Assembly (NCBI GenBank): GCA_002633005.1
Contig: NMRA01000146.1
Span: forward strand, 431,981 to 495,980
DNA: 64,000 nt
Source: Phoronis australis
Taxonomy: Eukaryota; Animalia; Phoronida
Reading direction: 5' to 3'
A program made the position numbers and the translations under genes. Positions within the stretch are counted from its first letter, which is position 1. The number at the start of each line of letters is the position of its first letter. Under the pieces are notes generated by a model. It searched no databases, was not told where the DNA came from, and worked only from the letters and a program-made list of their open reading frames with translations. Of the stretch, positions 52,588 to 64,000 are shown one piece after another.

Positions 52588-54677
52588 GGATAGCTGTGCA
52601 TTTGTAGTTTACATTTTGTCAGCTGTAGACTGGACTATTATTATGCAGACCTAGACATGCTGTTACGTTGCAACCATTGTGCTTTTTGGTAGTCAATTAT
52701 TATGTTTACGGATTTCTTGTTGTATGCATATTTCTATTTTGTGAACTAGTTTTGTGGAGTGCTACAGTTATCTATACCAGTTGTTCTGTCTTGGAACTTT
52801 AGGGGTCTATTCCTCCATGTTTTTTCCTGAGTTTGTATTTCCTCAAGAGCAGTTTCCGTTGGACATTAATTAAACATTACGTAGAAGGTGTAACGATATC
52901 GTGGTGGTTGCTTAATGCTAATGGTAAAGTTTAGACTTAGTAACTTAGACTGTTTTTTGTAAACGATTCAGATAACCGATATGAACACCGATGCAATACG
53001 ATGTATCAACGATAAACGATGAACGTAATAAAGTATATCGAGTTGTAGACGCCTCCTTCTCTATTGCATCAACGTTTGAGCAGCAATACTTATGATAAAA
53101 TGAGTTTGAAAATGCGTGTTTTAGTAAATTTAAGTGTAATGAAGTGTAAGATGTCTGCTTTCTCTTGACGGTCCTTTCACTAAGCCGTGGTTTTGGTTCA
53201 TACTTGATTAGGCAAATTACTGCTCCTAATTACCTTGTTACCTCCATGGACTACACACTTTTGCTGAGTGATTGCTGCTGGGGTTCAAGGGACAGTTGCT
53301 CCCAGGTGCCAGCGGAATTGTGCACATGGGAAAAGTGCAAAAAAGATAACAACTAGGTGGACGTCGAATAAATATTGACCCCAACACAGGGGGTGCGTGG
53401 GAGGGGTGCTGAACAGGTCAAACCAGGTGGGTGCCATACATGTTTGGGTGTTGACCCCCTCCCAAAGGTGCGTTAGAGGAGTGCAAAACGTAAAAACCAA
53501 TGAGTGTGCCACACGGGTGCTTAGTGCTGCCATGGTCACAAATTTTGGTTCCTAGATCCCCCTGAACATTGACAACAAGAGCTGAGGTGATGATAAGATT
53601 CGGTGCAGCTGGTTTTGCGCAAGCCCCGAGGATACACCTGTGGTTATGTCAGTACCAATCTGGGCATTTCCCAACGTTTGATTACAAGTCGTAATGACCG
53701 ATATTGTTCATGCTGCCTGTTGTATACCACCATGCGGTCATCTATTCGACAGTCTGTATCATTTCCTTGAAAAAGAGAGCATCGCTGGAAACGTGGGGCA
53801 TATTTTGATACATGTATATGTTACTACTGTCACTCGTCGTTTTATTTTTGCAATTTTTACTATTTTCTATTTGCATTAAACACTAAATTCTTACACGTAC
53901 GTCCACGGCCTTCAGTTCACGCCTTGTGGATGACTCAATCGAGCCTAGCTGATAATATGAACACCACATTGAAAGTTTACCAACATTGATTTAGTTACCT
54001 TAAGGTACCAATTCGATGCACACATATACCTTGAGAAAATATGCAATTTCAAGCTGAACTCTTAAATGTAGACAGTCACCGAGTGTCCAAGATAGAAAAC
54101 TAATTTATTTCAACGTGTGCAAACGCGACAATTTTACGAAATGTGATGTAGGTCATTGCCAAGAGACGTTTTACAGGTCATTTTTTACATTTTAGACTTG
54201 TTCATTTCGAATTATATTCCCGGGATTGTGGTGTTTACCTTTCTGTGTACCTTGATTGGTTGGTGTAGTAATTCGTGTAGCTTGAGTGACAGTTGGAACT
54301 ATCAAATAGTCTTCCTTTTCAAAATCAACTATTTATTAAGTATTCCGTTTTCGGGTTTTCGTTGCAAATTTTGGTTTGCACACGGTCTCAATCACTTGCA
54401 CTTTGTACGTAGAGAACTGGCTTGACGAAAAACCAAGAACATTTTATTCGTTCTGGAGGTTTATGATAAAAGCCTTTTTCTGGCATACGGCGGCAACTAG
54501 CTGGCGTATTTTGCAACAAAAATGAGATTGAGTCTTATTAAATTCAGTTCAATTAAGGCTTGAAAAACATGGAAAATTGGAAAATGTCACATGTATTCCG
54601 AGGCATTTTAAGGGTTCGGACTCTAATTTAATTTTAATTTTAATTCTTAAGAGGCCAGTAAAAATGTGCATACTTAC

Positions 54678-55025
54678 ATAAGACATGCATAACAATTCTT
54701 TGGAGTATTACATGAGTACTACCTCTTTCTCTGCAATAATACGATTTTTGATTGAATTGTCTTTCAGCCACAATTGTCATCTTGTTGTAACATTTCCAAA
54801 AAGGTCGCCGGACGCTGATTTTACCACATTTTTCGTAACTACGTATAATTTGCGCACCGTTGTCATGCGTTATGTCTACGGCGCGAGACTCAGCTCTCCG
54901 GTAAGCTTCATGGAAGCATTCCAGTTCGTGTCTTTTCCCATCTTCAACATACCAATGGATGTCTTCTCGAATATAACTAAGGTTTGACAAGTTAATTTCT
55001 AAGTGCCTCGTAGTGTGCGCAGAAG
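54678..55025 (-). CDS. Ig-like exon F (N-terminal, divergent Ig domain), 116 codons
   Basis: Acceptor tttctttgtag|CT, donor TTAT|GTAAGT, 348 nt open frame, phase 1-1. Contains HELEC...YYC...IVMHVL, an Ig-like Cys pair and G strand. Confidence 0.72.
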
Positions 55026-55074
55026 CTACAAAGAAACCAAAACATTTACTTCAAGATATTTGCATGGTAGAGTC

Positions 55075-55810
55075 TATGAAAAGCAAAGCTGTATAATAAA
55101 TATACAGCTTTGCTTCTACGTGGGTAAAAAAGTGGCAAAGGAAATTCTGACAAAAATAGTGTCACTCCAAAGTACACTTTTCCTTTGGTAAATTCAATTA
55201 TTTACCGGTGATGGAAAAATGTGGTTCTACCGTTACTCTGCTACTCAAGATGTGAAGCGATCTTTTGCGTCGGCTTTCTTTGCCATGAAATATTACGTCA
55301 CCTATTGGCCAGCTTCTTTTTTCGCCGATTCTTCAATCAACTGTTGTTCTCTCCCGGGGATGCGTACACATCACAACAAATTATCGGAGCTGGTTTCTCT
55401 TCATTACAATTTTTTTAGAATTTTGATACCGAAAAACCAAAACCGTATTTCAGAAAAAAATTTGCTGCTGTCAAGATATCATCATCTCCCGAGAGAATAA
55501 TGAAGTGAAACCAGTTCCGATGATTTGTTGTGACATGTACGTAACCTTGTAAAAGAACAACAATTGATTGAAGAATCGGTGAAAAAAACAAACAGGCCAA
55601 CAGGTGACGCAATATTCCATGGCGCCTAAAGTTGACAAAAAAGAGCGCTCCACAACCTAAACAGCAGAATGCCAATTTTCCAACATCGGTAAATAGTTTA
55701 GTTTAGTCAAGAAATAGTGTAGTTTTTAATGACACTAATTTTGCGTCAGATTTTATACCTTCAGTCTTTAACTAAATCGTCGCAAAGCTGTATAATTAGT
55801 ATACAAGTTT
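55075..55810. mobile_element. Foldback/MITE with long inverted arms, copy 1
   Basis: 55080-55415 is an imperfect inverted repeat of 55495-55805; homologous to 57655-58560. Confidence 0.65.
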
Positions 55811-57367
55811 GCAGCAAGGCTACACACAGTGGAACATAGCCAGCTAGTCCATAAAGCGACAAGTTCGTGATAGAATCTTAAGGGTTACATGGTTTATAAA
55901 CTTGACACGCTTTTATCAGCGATTTCAATGGTTTATTACCTATTCGGGTTGTAGGGTCAATAAACATGGTAAGTGCACCTGATCTGGCAGTGGAGCTGAA
56001 CGCCATCAGGAAATGTGTATAGGTGTGAAATCGCATGTCACCGGCCAACAAAGGTTTGTGGGTTTTCTCAGGAATTTTCACCGACCCGAAAATGAGCAAG
56101 ATTTTCCGGGTAGGTCGATATGCGGTAAACCAATAGGGTTGGAAGTCTACACAGTGAAAGTTTAGAATAGGGTGCCATAGGCTACATATCACGCACGAAT
56201 TGCACGGCAACTATGAACCGTGCACACTTCGAAATAGAGAATCTTAATTCGTATTAAAATACGGCGCATTTAACTATACGAATACCATTCCTTTGAAAGA
56301 ACTTATTCACTCGAAGATTAGATTTTTTACTATTCTGTTGTCAATCCGCTGTTTGTATTTTACCCTTCCGGTGAACTGGGGAACTGGAGATTTCACTGGG
56401 ATTATTAGCTGGCTTTCGGGTCACTACATGACAGCCTTACGTCAAAAACTAAAGGTAGAAGGTGGCAGACGATTCGATTTATCGTTGTTAGAGGAAGGTA
56501 AAAAGAGGCGAAATATAACGGGTAATACAGCTTTTGAGTTTTACTAAACATGTCAAGGATATTGATACTGTTAGTCCTCACACACTAAACAGAAACTCGC
56601 CTCCCCCCCTCGTTTGGTTTACAGTGTATAAACATTTCCCGGAATGGTGACAAGCCCTCCTTTGGGACTTCAGTTCTGTTTTTACAGGAGCTAAGTATTG
56701 GCTTCTAGTCAGCCAGCTATAGTAGCTGTATGAAGATTGTCGTCAAAATAGAGCTACAGTAGGCACAGTGTGATCAAGCTGCAGTGAAACGTAGGAGGGT
56801 ACGGAAAAGGGTGCCTAATGAATTTGAGTCTTCCAGCAACTGTGTACAGCGGCATACCCCGAAAGTTTTCGTTTTTATTCAATTTGAACGCATGGGAAGC
56901 TCAATTACGTGAACGAGTTGAATAATTAGGGGAAGGATATCCAGCTGATGTTGAAGACAATTTTATTGGTGAATTGCAGCTTAACTGACTGCGTTGGACA
57001 ATACATATAATTCGTTTCAAATCATCTACAAGATCAAATTAACCCAGCGTTCCCAAACGTGGAGTCTTTATTAAGAATGTTTTCGAGTCTTATGGTCGCT
57101 AACTGCTCAGGAGAAAGGAAATTTTGACAAAGGTGAAAAAATGAGGTGAGATCACCGATGTTAATGGGAAAGATTAAGAAATCTTAATTACACCGATATA
57201 ATTAAAGGATTTTCCGCAGTAAAGTCAAGAAAATAGAATTTGAGGTGTCGTGCTTTTCTAAGCTAATTGTGTGCAATCGGGTAAATGCTCATTAGATTAT
57301 AATAAGAACATTTCCTGAGAGAATACACTGATTATTTTAACTTTCAAGTTGTGTAATTTACTTCATT

Positions 57368-57597
57368 TGTCACGGGTTTTCCGTGTGTGGGTGGGCGCAG
57401 GCGGTTACCAAACGGTGCTAATAGCTTTCGGTGCGACGATTGACAGAAGACTGGTTCGAGTTAATCATTTTATTAATCTCTACCGTACGTTCGCAAGCCT
57501 ACTCAAACAAAAAGTCTGACGTAATATCTGGTTTATGCTCCAGCCAGTGCTGCGAAGCATTGACTTGTGATGAACTTCAGAGACACTTCCAATAACT
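57368..57597 (-). mobile_element. Solo LTR fragment of the same gypsy family as 5450-13160
   Basis: Reverse complement of 5975-6205, starting exactly at the LTR terminus (TGTCAC). Confidence 0.85.
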
Positions 57598-57654
57598 ATC
57601 TACAAGAACACACATCGAACAATAGAAGACCAGCATTGGTGCAAAACTGCACAT

Positions 57655-58560
57655 ACATGTATACTAAACATAGAACTTTGCGACGATGTGGTTAAAAAAA
57701 TTGCCAAATAAAATCCGGCACAATATTCATGCCACTAAAAACTTTGTGAAAACTAAATTATTTACCGGTTTTGGAAAAATTGGCGTTCTACCGTTATTCC
57801 GCTACTAAAAGTGTTGTGCGATCTTTTGCATCGGCTTTCGATGCTTTGAAACATTGCGTCACCAACTGGCCAGTACCTTTTTTCGCCAATTCTTCAATCA
57901 GCTGTTGTTTTTTCATGAGGTTGCATACACGTCACGACAAGTTATCGGAATTGGTTTCACTTCATTCATAAGTTTTTAGAATTTTGATACCAGGAAACCA
58001 AATTTCAGAACCACGTTTGTTGCTGCAAAGCTGTCATCATCTCCCGAAAGATGTCTCACAATTAGGAAATGGCGCACGCGCGTGCCACGAGCTTGCTGTT
58101 TTCAAAACGACCGCATACCTTTCTTTGTTAATAAGGTGGAGAATTGCGCAAGAAAAGGACGTTTACTAGACTGTTTCTCAGGCAGCAAAATTTGTTTTGA
58201 AATTTAGTACGCTGGTATTAGAATACTGAAAACGTGTAATAAAACAATGGAATGAAACCAGTTCCGATAAGTTGTTGCGACATGTACGCAACCTCGTGGA
58301 AGAACAGTTGATTGAAGAATCTGCTAAAAAGAAACTGGACAGTAGGTGACCCAATATTTCAAGACGCCGAAAGCGGACTCAAAAGATAGCTTCAAATGTT
58401 TAGCAGCAGAATAACGGTAGAACGCCATTTTTTCCAACATCAGATACTAATTTAGTTTACTTAAGGAAGAGTGTAGTTTTCGATGACAATAACTTTGTGC
58501 CAGAGTTTATTTACCCACTTTTTATCCACATCGGCTCAAAGCTGTATATTTAGTATACAT
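57655..58560. mobile_element. Foldback/MITE with long inverted arms, copy 2
   Basis: 57655-57970 is inverted relative to 58250-58560; homologous to 55075-55810. Confidence 0.65.
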
Positions 58561-58815
58561 CTAATTGCAACAATACTAAGGGCCCAGGTAAATCCTTAAT
58601 CTAGTGCTTCGCGCGATGATAATTTTGGCGTGTGTAGGTTCACAATTGACGTTTGATTATGTGGTACGTACGATAGATACTTAGTTGTACACATTCATTG
58701 CAAGGACTTCCCACCCTGTGGGCACTCAGGTTCGTTTACCGTCTAGTGCTGTGACTAGTAGTCTAGATGACAGCGGAAAATATTCAAATGACTGTGATTA
58801 GCATTCTTTGCTCAC

Positions 58816-58906
58816 CTTTTGTCTCCAAAAATCTGCCAATAATGACAATAAGCAGACAAAATCGACGGCAAAACTGGCCACCGATGACGGCAAGATGCAC
58901 ATTCAT
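58816..58906 (-). CDS. Candidate first coding exon (signal peptide) of the multi-Ig gene: MNVHLAVIGGQFCRRFCLLIVIIGRFLETK
   Basis: ATG at 58906, 30 codons + 1 nt, then donor AAAG|GTGAGC (phase 1). Basic residues followed by a hydrophobic core (FCLLIVIIG). Joining to the 54678-55025 exon gives ETKA-SA-HTT, an A-x-A cleavage-like site. Confidence 0.6.
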
Positions 58907-59484
58907 AACTTTGAAATTCTTTGCATGACGGAGTTAAATACTCATACCATAGCGGCAAATCACGTTACGTGTGTATAGTTCGCGCATTTTCTGAAGCGTA
59001 ATCCATCTTGACTTGCCAAAAAAGCATACAGTTGTATGTACTCTAGTCTGGTCTTCGCTCACAATGCAAATTATACTCGTAACTTATTCATAATAAGTAT
59101 TCGCACTAGACACCAGGGTAATTAAAAGGTCAGAAACTCCGTGAAACATATTGCATACATGTAGGTGTCGGGACGTTAGTAACAGTACATTTACTGTTAT
59201 GATTATTTAGTTTTTGTTCATTTATTCTTATGCTAATGTTTACAGTGGCGGATCTAGGATATCACAAGGGGGGGCCAACATTTTGTCCGGCTGGAAGCAT
59301 TTGCGCAAACTGAACCACGATTGTAGATGCGCATAGCACCGAATGGGGGGAGGTCGGGAGGGGGCAAACCCCCCAGGAAATTTTTCTGTTTTTACCTCTA
59401 AAAATCAAGCATTTTCCTTAATTCCTGAAGTATTATCCAAGGACAACAAGGCAAAAAAACACGGAGAACGTGTCAAACAGGAAA

Positions 59485-59560
59485 AAAGTGCATGGAGCAA
59501 AGACTCGAACTCACGACCTGGTGGTTAGAGCGCACGTACGTTACCAATACACCACCACGA
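59485..59560 (-). repeat. tRNA-derived SINE head or tRNA pseudogene
   Basis: TGGTGTATTGG A box and GAGTTCGAGTC B box. Confidence 0.45.
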
Positions 59561-60567
59561 TTTAACAACAACTGCCATACTAAAAGACTTACTTGTTTAT
59601 GGGCCACAGAGTTTGCGCGCGAAACCTACTTCTTTTTGTAAGGCTTATTACACGTTTTATATTTTGTGCCATCAATTCTTAACAAATTTGTCGTATTTGA
59701 AATAGTCTTCAAATGCCCAAAAGACCAAATCCATTTTTCGTGTTGGCAATAATGACGGGATTGCTTTGGAAACCGTCTTAACATAAGGTTTGACAAAGAG
59801 AGTATTGCGAGTTTCTGAGTGATTCACTAAGGCTTCGATTAAAATTCACATCTTACCAGCAGCTTCTGTTTTTTCATCGTCACTCAGGTTCCACTTTCTT
59901 TAAAAAATTAAGTAAATTTTCTTCATTGCACAGTGGAGCAGACGACGGAAACGGAGTCGTAGTGACACCCCCCCCCCCCCCAACACTAAAACTGCACACA
60001 TTTAAATCTTTTTTCAACCGTATAATTTTAATTACCGGGGTTAATTAATAAACTCACCATTTCCCTACGCTCTTACTGTTTTATTTTTTTGCGTCAGCCA
60101 AGGGGGGGGACATGCGGGCGTGACAGTATGTGTCAGAATAAATATTGATTAAGAAATTAGTAAGAATAGATCCATTTTAAGTTGCCCAAAATTTGTGCAT
60201 ATGTACTTTTAAATCATGGGGTCAGACTTGTTGACATGTACTTTAACGTCAAAATCTATTTTTAGATGGTGTTTACAACTTTGGGTTCCGGGGTCAAAGT
60301 ACTCTAGAGATTCTAGAAAATTCTGAGAACAAATTGTAACAGCCAATAATATGATTGCATATGATCATGTGGTTTTTATTAGCCAATCACTAAATAAGTA
60401 GAATGTTATATTATGGGCTGAAGTCAACAAGATAATTAGATGCGCTATAGTAGTTGAAGCTTAAAGACTTGCTACAGTGTACAGAGGAAATTGTACGACA
60501 GAGCCATCTCGTAGAAGATTCTAGAAAGGATCTTGGCAAGGGCAAGGGTTAATGAACAGGAAGTTAA

Positions 60568-61841
60568 AGTCGAAGGCAACCTTTTTCATGTCACTTTTAG
60601 CAAAAATAAGGTTCGTTGATTATCCCAGACACATTTTTCACTTAATTACAGCTTTTCGTAATTCGATACATTTCTCGAGGCAAGAGTTTCGCGCCAATTT
60701 CTTTTCATTATAGTCTGACTGTGAGAGCTGTCGAGTCGGTCATTGTTCTACCTCGTTTGTGATAAGTTTGGTCGTCGTTTGCTTTTGTTTACAAGTCAGT
60801 CAACATGCCACGCTATTGCTGCGTGCCGGGATGTACTCATTATCGTCTCACACGCGCTTTGGTTACCTTGCGTCGCTTTCCGAAGGATGACACACTTCGC
60901 CGTACTTGGCTAGCTCGTTCAACGCAGCGCTACCCGTTCACGCAAAAAACAAAGCAACTGAGGGTTACCGAGTGTGTGGCAAGCAATTTCTGCCGTCAGA
61001 TTATGACAGATATGTATGATCTGAATTGATTAAGGTCCCTGCGAAACAACGCTTGAAGAAGGTACCTTACCGTCGCTGTTGATTACCGGCAGTGCCCCGT
61101 CGCCAACCCCGAGAAGTGCGTTTTTGAAGCGAGAAGCCTCGCGAGCTGTGGCCACTATATACAGTGACTGGAGGCACTTCATCTACTGTTACCCGTGCCT
61201 CCGAACATACCCCATTGCATGCAATTCCGGGAACTAGCAGTGATTCGCCTTGTGCTGTTGTCTCTAGCCCAGAGCCTGTAAGCAGCCCTGCAGCGATGTT
61301 GAGTAGTGGGAGTGAATGCAGGTCCAGTTCGACACCCAGTGAAGAGGACAGCTCGTCATCCAATGAACAGATCGGTGAGCCTAAGTTTGATAAGTTTATT
61401 CTGGACTTCTATTGGAGCTATTTGGAAGGTGCCAGGTGTGTGGCACGGAAGTCACACGGCGGGATGTAAGCAGTTTGGGTGCTCAGATCACCCTCCAGTG
61501 GGAGTGTGTTGCGGGACACTCGGGCAAGTGGCACACTTCTTCGTCTGTACGTGAGACGATAATGAGTACACCCCAGTACGCAGCAACAGCGTGGCATGTT
61601 GACTGACTCGTAAGCAAAAGCAAACGAGGTAGAACAATGACTGACTCGACTGCTCTCACAGTCAGAATACATGAAAAGAAATTGGCGCAAAATTCTTGCC
61701 TCTCAAAACGTCACTTCCGGAGTAGACGACGAATAATTAATAAAAATACGAAAAGCAGTAAATAAGTGAAAAATATGTCTGGGATAATTAACTAACCTTA
61801 TTTTTTGCTAAAAATGACATGAAAAAAGGTTGCCTTCGCCT
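60568..61841 (+). mobile_element. Kolobok-like DNA transposon (deleted) with THAP-domain remnant
   Basis: TTAA on both sides, termini AGTCGAAGGCAACC / GGTTGCCTTCGCCT, long imperfect TIRs. ORF 60805 MPRYCCVPGC...RFPKD...W is a THAP N-terminus. An extra right-end copy lies at 61925-61995. Confidence 0.8.
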
Positions 61842-63844
61842 TTAACATAGAGCTTGTCACTTTCATCGTGGGTAGTAAGATACTACCTAAGTGTTGCGTC
61901 ATCAGCCAGAGACTGTGACCAGCAAAAATATGTCTAGGATAACCAACCAACCTTATTTTAGCTCAAAATGACATGGAAAAAGGTTGCCTTCGCCTTTAAC
62001 ATAGACCAACTCGCACTAGTTCAACTTGCCCCACTTTAAGTGGAGCGTTGACACACTTCTGATAATTAGTACAAGGCCGAAATTGTGGCTCTCAGCATGA
62101 CAATGAACGGCTTATGTAAATACAGCATGAAAAAGAAGACGAGGTTGTGACTGGGCAAGGTTGTAGCTTTTAGTTAAATCCACCTTGTGCCAAGTTTGTG
62201 ACCACATGGTTAGAAGTGGTGCATTAGTTAGCCCAGAACAAGTTACTCTTTCATTCTGGGAGTAACTTGTTCTAAAGTAGGTGGTTGTGTGGATGGCACT
62301 ATGAAGTGCCTGGTGATAAACCAGTAGCAATCTTCATAGTCAGTCATTTGGGCTATTGTGTTCTGACCACTGAAGGTGGTTTTAATCTCATGTATCTGTT
62401 AAAGCAGTTGTTATCATATCTCCCTAATTCATTACAATACTGAATCATCAGAGCCCAGGTCAGTAAATGGACTGTACAGCCCGTAGCCAGAGGGGAGGGG
62501 GGGAGGGGAGGTTTGATCGAATCGAACCCCNAGTTTCACGTTTAAGCGCCCATGTCTGGTTAACCGCCCACCCCCGATTTTTTGGGTTTGCCAATTTAAC
62601 CGCCCAGAGCGTTAACCCGAACGTTTACGGTATTTCCAACTTGCAGTCAGAGTCACATTATTGTGGAAAACAACTATTACCTTAACCATTTGGAAACGTG
62701 GCCGACTATTTCCAATTTTTTTGATTAAAGACGCTATGTTTCATTAAAACCGTGAATATTTAAATTTGTAGCTAGTGCCACCAAGTGACTTCCTGGTGAA
62801 ATGTGTGTACAAGTACAATCGGGAAAAGAAACAATTTGTAAATAAATTGCGATTTTAACGAAAACACTACGCCTAATACACTTAAAAAATATGAAATTGA
62901 AAAACCTTTGCAATGCTGAATATTACATAATCGTTATTTTATAGTGATATAAACAAAAATTAGACACTATGCTGCATTTCATTAGGGTAACAAAGAAATA
63001 AAGCATACTAATTAACATTCAAATAGTCTCACATGAAGAGACTTTCTCGAGATGGTAACTGGTTCCGCTCTGAGATGGTTTCTGGCACACTGGAGGACCA
63101 GTGGTTGTTTGTAAATTAAAACTTCATTTGTATATTCACAAGTTAATGAGACTATGCATCTGAGCGTCCACAACTCGGCTATTAGAACCTGCCCTCTACT
63201 TTTGAAAAATTTCAATTAAGCACCCACTTAACAGCTCGGACCAGAGCTACCAATTATTCCACTGAACTGATTTTCAGAAAGGTCAGATGCACTTTCAAAT
63301 GCAGAAACCAGGCCTGACTTTGAGTAGCATTGTACTTGCTATTGTCACAGGTGGAGGACATCGCATTAAGTTCCATTCTTCTGCTGAGCACTAAAACAAC
63401 CACATTTTTGAAAACCGCAAATAACTGCGACAACGAAATTTCATTACCGTAAAACAAATTCAAAAGAAAACATATTTTCTGACAATCATGAATGACAAAT
63501 CCCAACTTTGTTGGCATCCGAAGGCTTAGTTACGGACATAGGGGGTCGCATGACGTTTTCGTGGCTCTGAATACATATATGGCAAACTCCAATCGCTCGT
63601 AATAATGGAAATTGTTCAAGTGTATTAAGGCATGTTACTTTGTGCTGACGTAACTGATTTAATTTGACTTAATTTGTGAAAAATATAACCAACAAGAGTT
63701 TCCCTCTGAAATTCACACTGCATTCAGTCTGCACATTAACATGTCACGGTCATGCAACCTCAGTTATAGTTCACGGACATTTTTTCAGATATAAATCACG
63801 GGTGAGAAACAACATGAACGCCGGCCCTCTAAATCCGACTGACT

Positions 63845-63975
63845 CATCCAAAACAGAACCTCCAGGGATCAAATAGGACCGCCACACCAGAAAATGGGAC
63901 TGACGCACCTAAAAACATGACCGCCCACCACAAAACAGGACCGCCGGGGACTGAACATGACCGCCGGACAAAATG
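63845..63975. repeat. Degenerate ~20-bp tandem repeat (GACCGCC core)
   Basis: GACCGCC recurs about every 20 nt near the window end. Confidence 0.45.
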
Positions 63976-64000
63976 TAGAAGGCTTTTGTATGATACTGCG

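Noticed and set aside
1650-55025. RAG/RSS-type somatic recombination of Ig segments
   Set aside because: No consistent CACAGTG heptamer plus nonamer was seen at exon borders, and every intact exon has ordinary GT-AG sites.

Overview
Eukaryotic (marine-invertebrate-like) genomic DNA. Nearly the whole window is one minus-strand gene for a multi-immunoglobulin-domain secreted or cell-surface protein. It has a candidate signal-peptide exon (58816-58906), then 12 symmetric phase-1 exons of 321-348 nt, each encoding one Ig-like domain (one of them is probably an assembly duplicate), plus 4 decayed Ig pseudo-exons. The middle of the gene is built from repeated E-(D)-C exon cassettes that were duplicated together with their intron flanks and a 26-bp minisatellite. 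The spliced ORF is about 1260 aa by manual joining and probably continues beyond base 1. The introns are filled with transposable elements: two decayed Gmr1-type Ty3/gypsy elements (one interrupted by a TTAA-specific Kolobok-like insertion, one carrying a nested BEL/Pao element and itself inserted in a MITE), a pogo-like element, a THAP-bearing Kolobok-like element, two Helentron-type HINEs with internal satellites, foldback MITEs, a LINE remnant and tRNA-derived SINE heads. The octamer TACATGTA, the classic Tc1/mariner excision footprint, is strongly over-represented and has added in-frame codons to Ig exons. All calls are from manual reading; no database searches were run.
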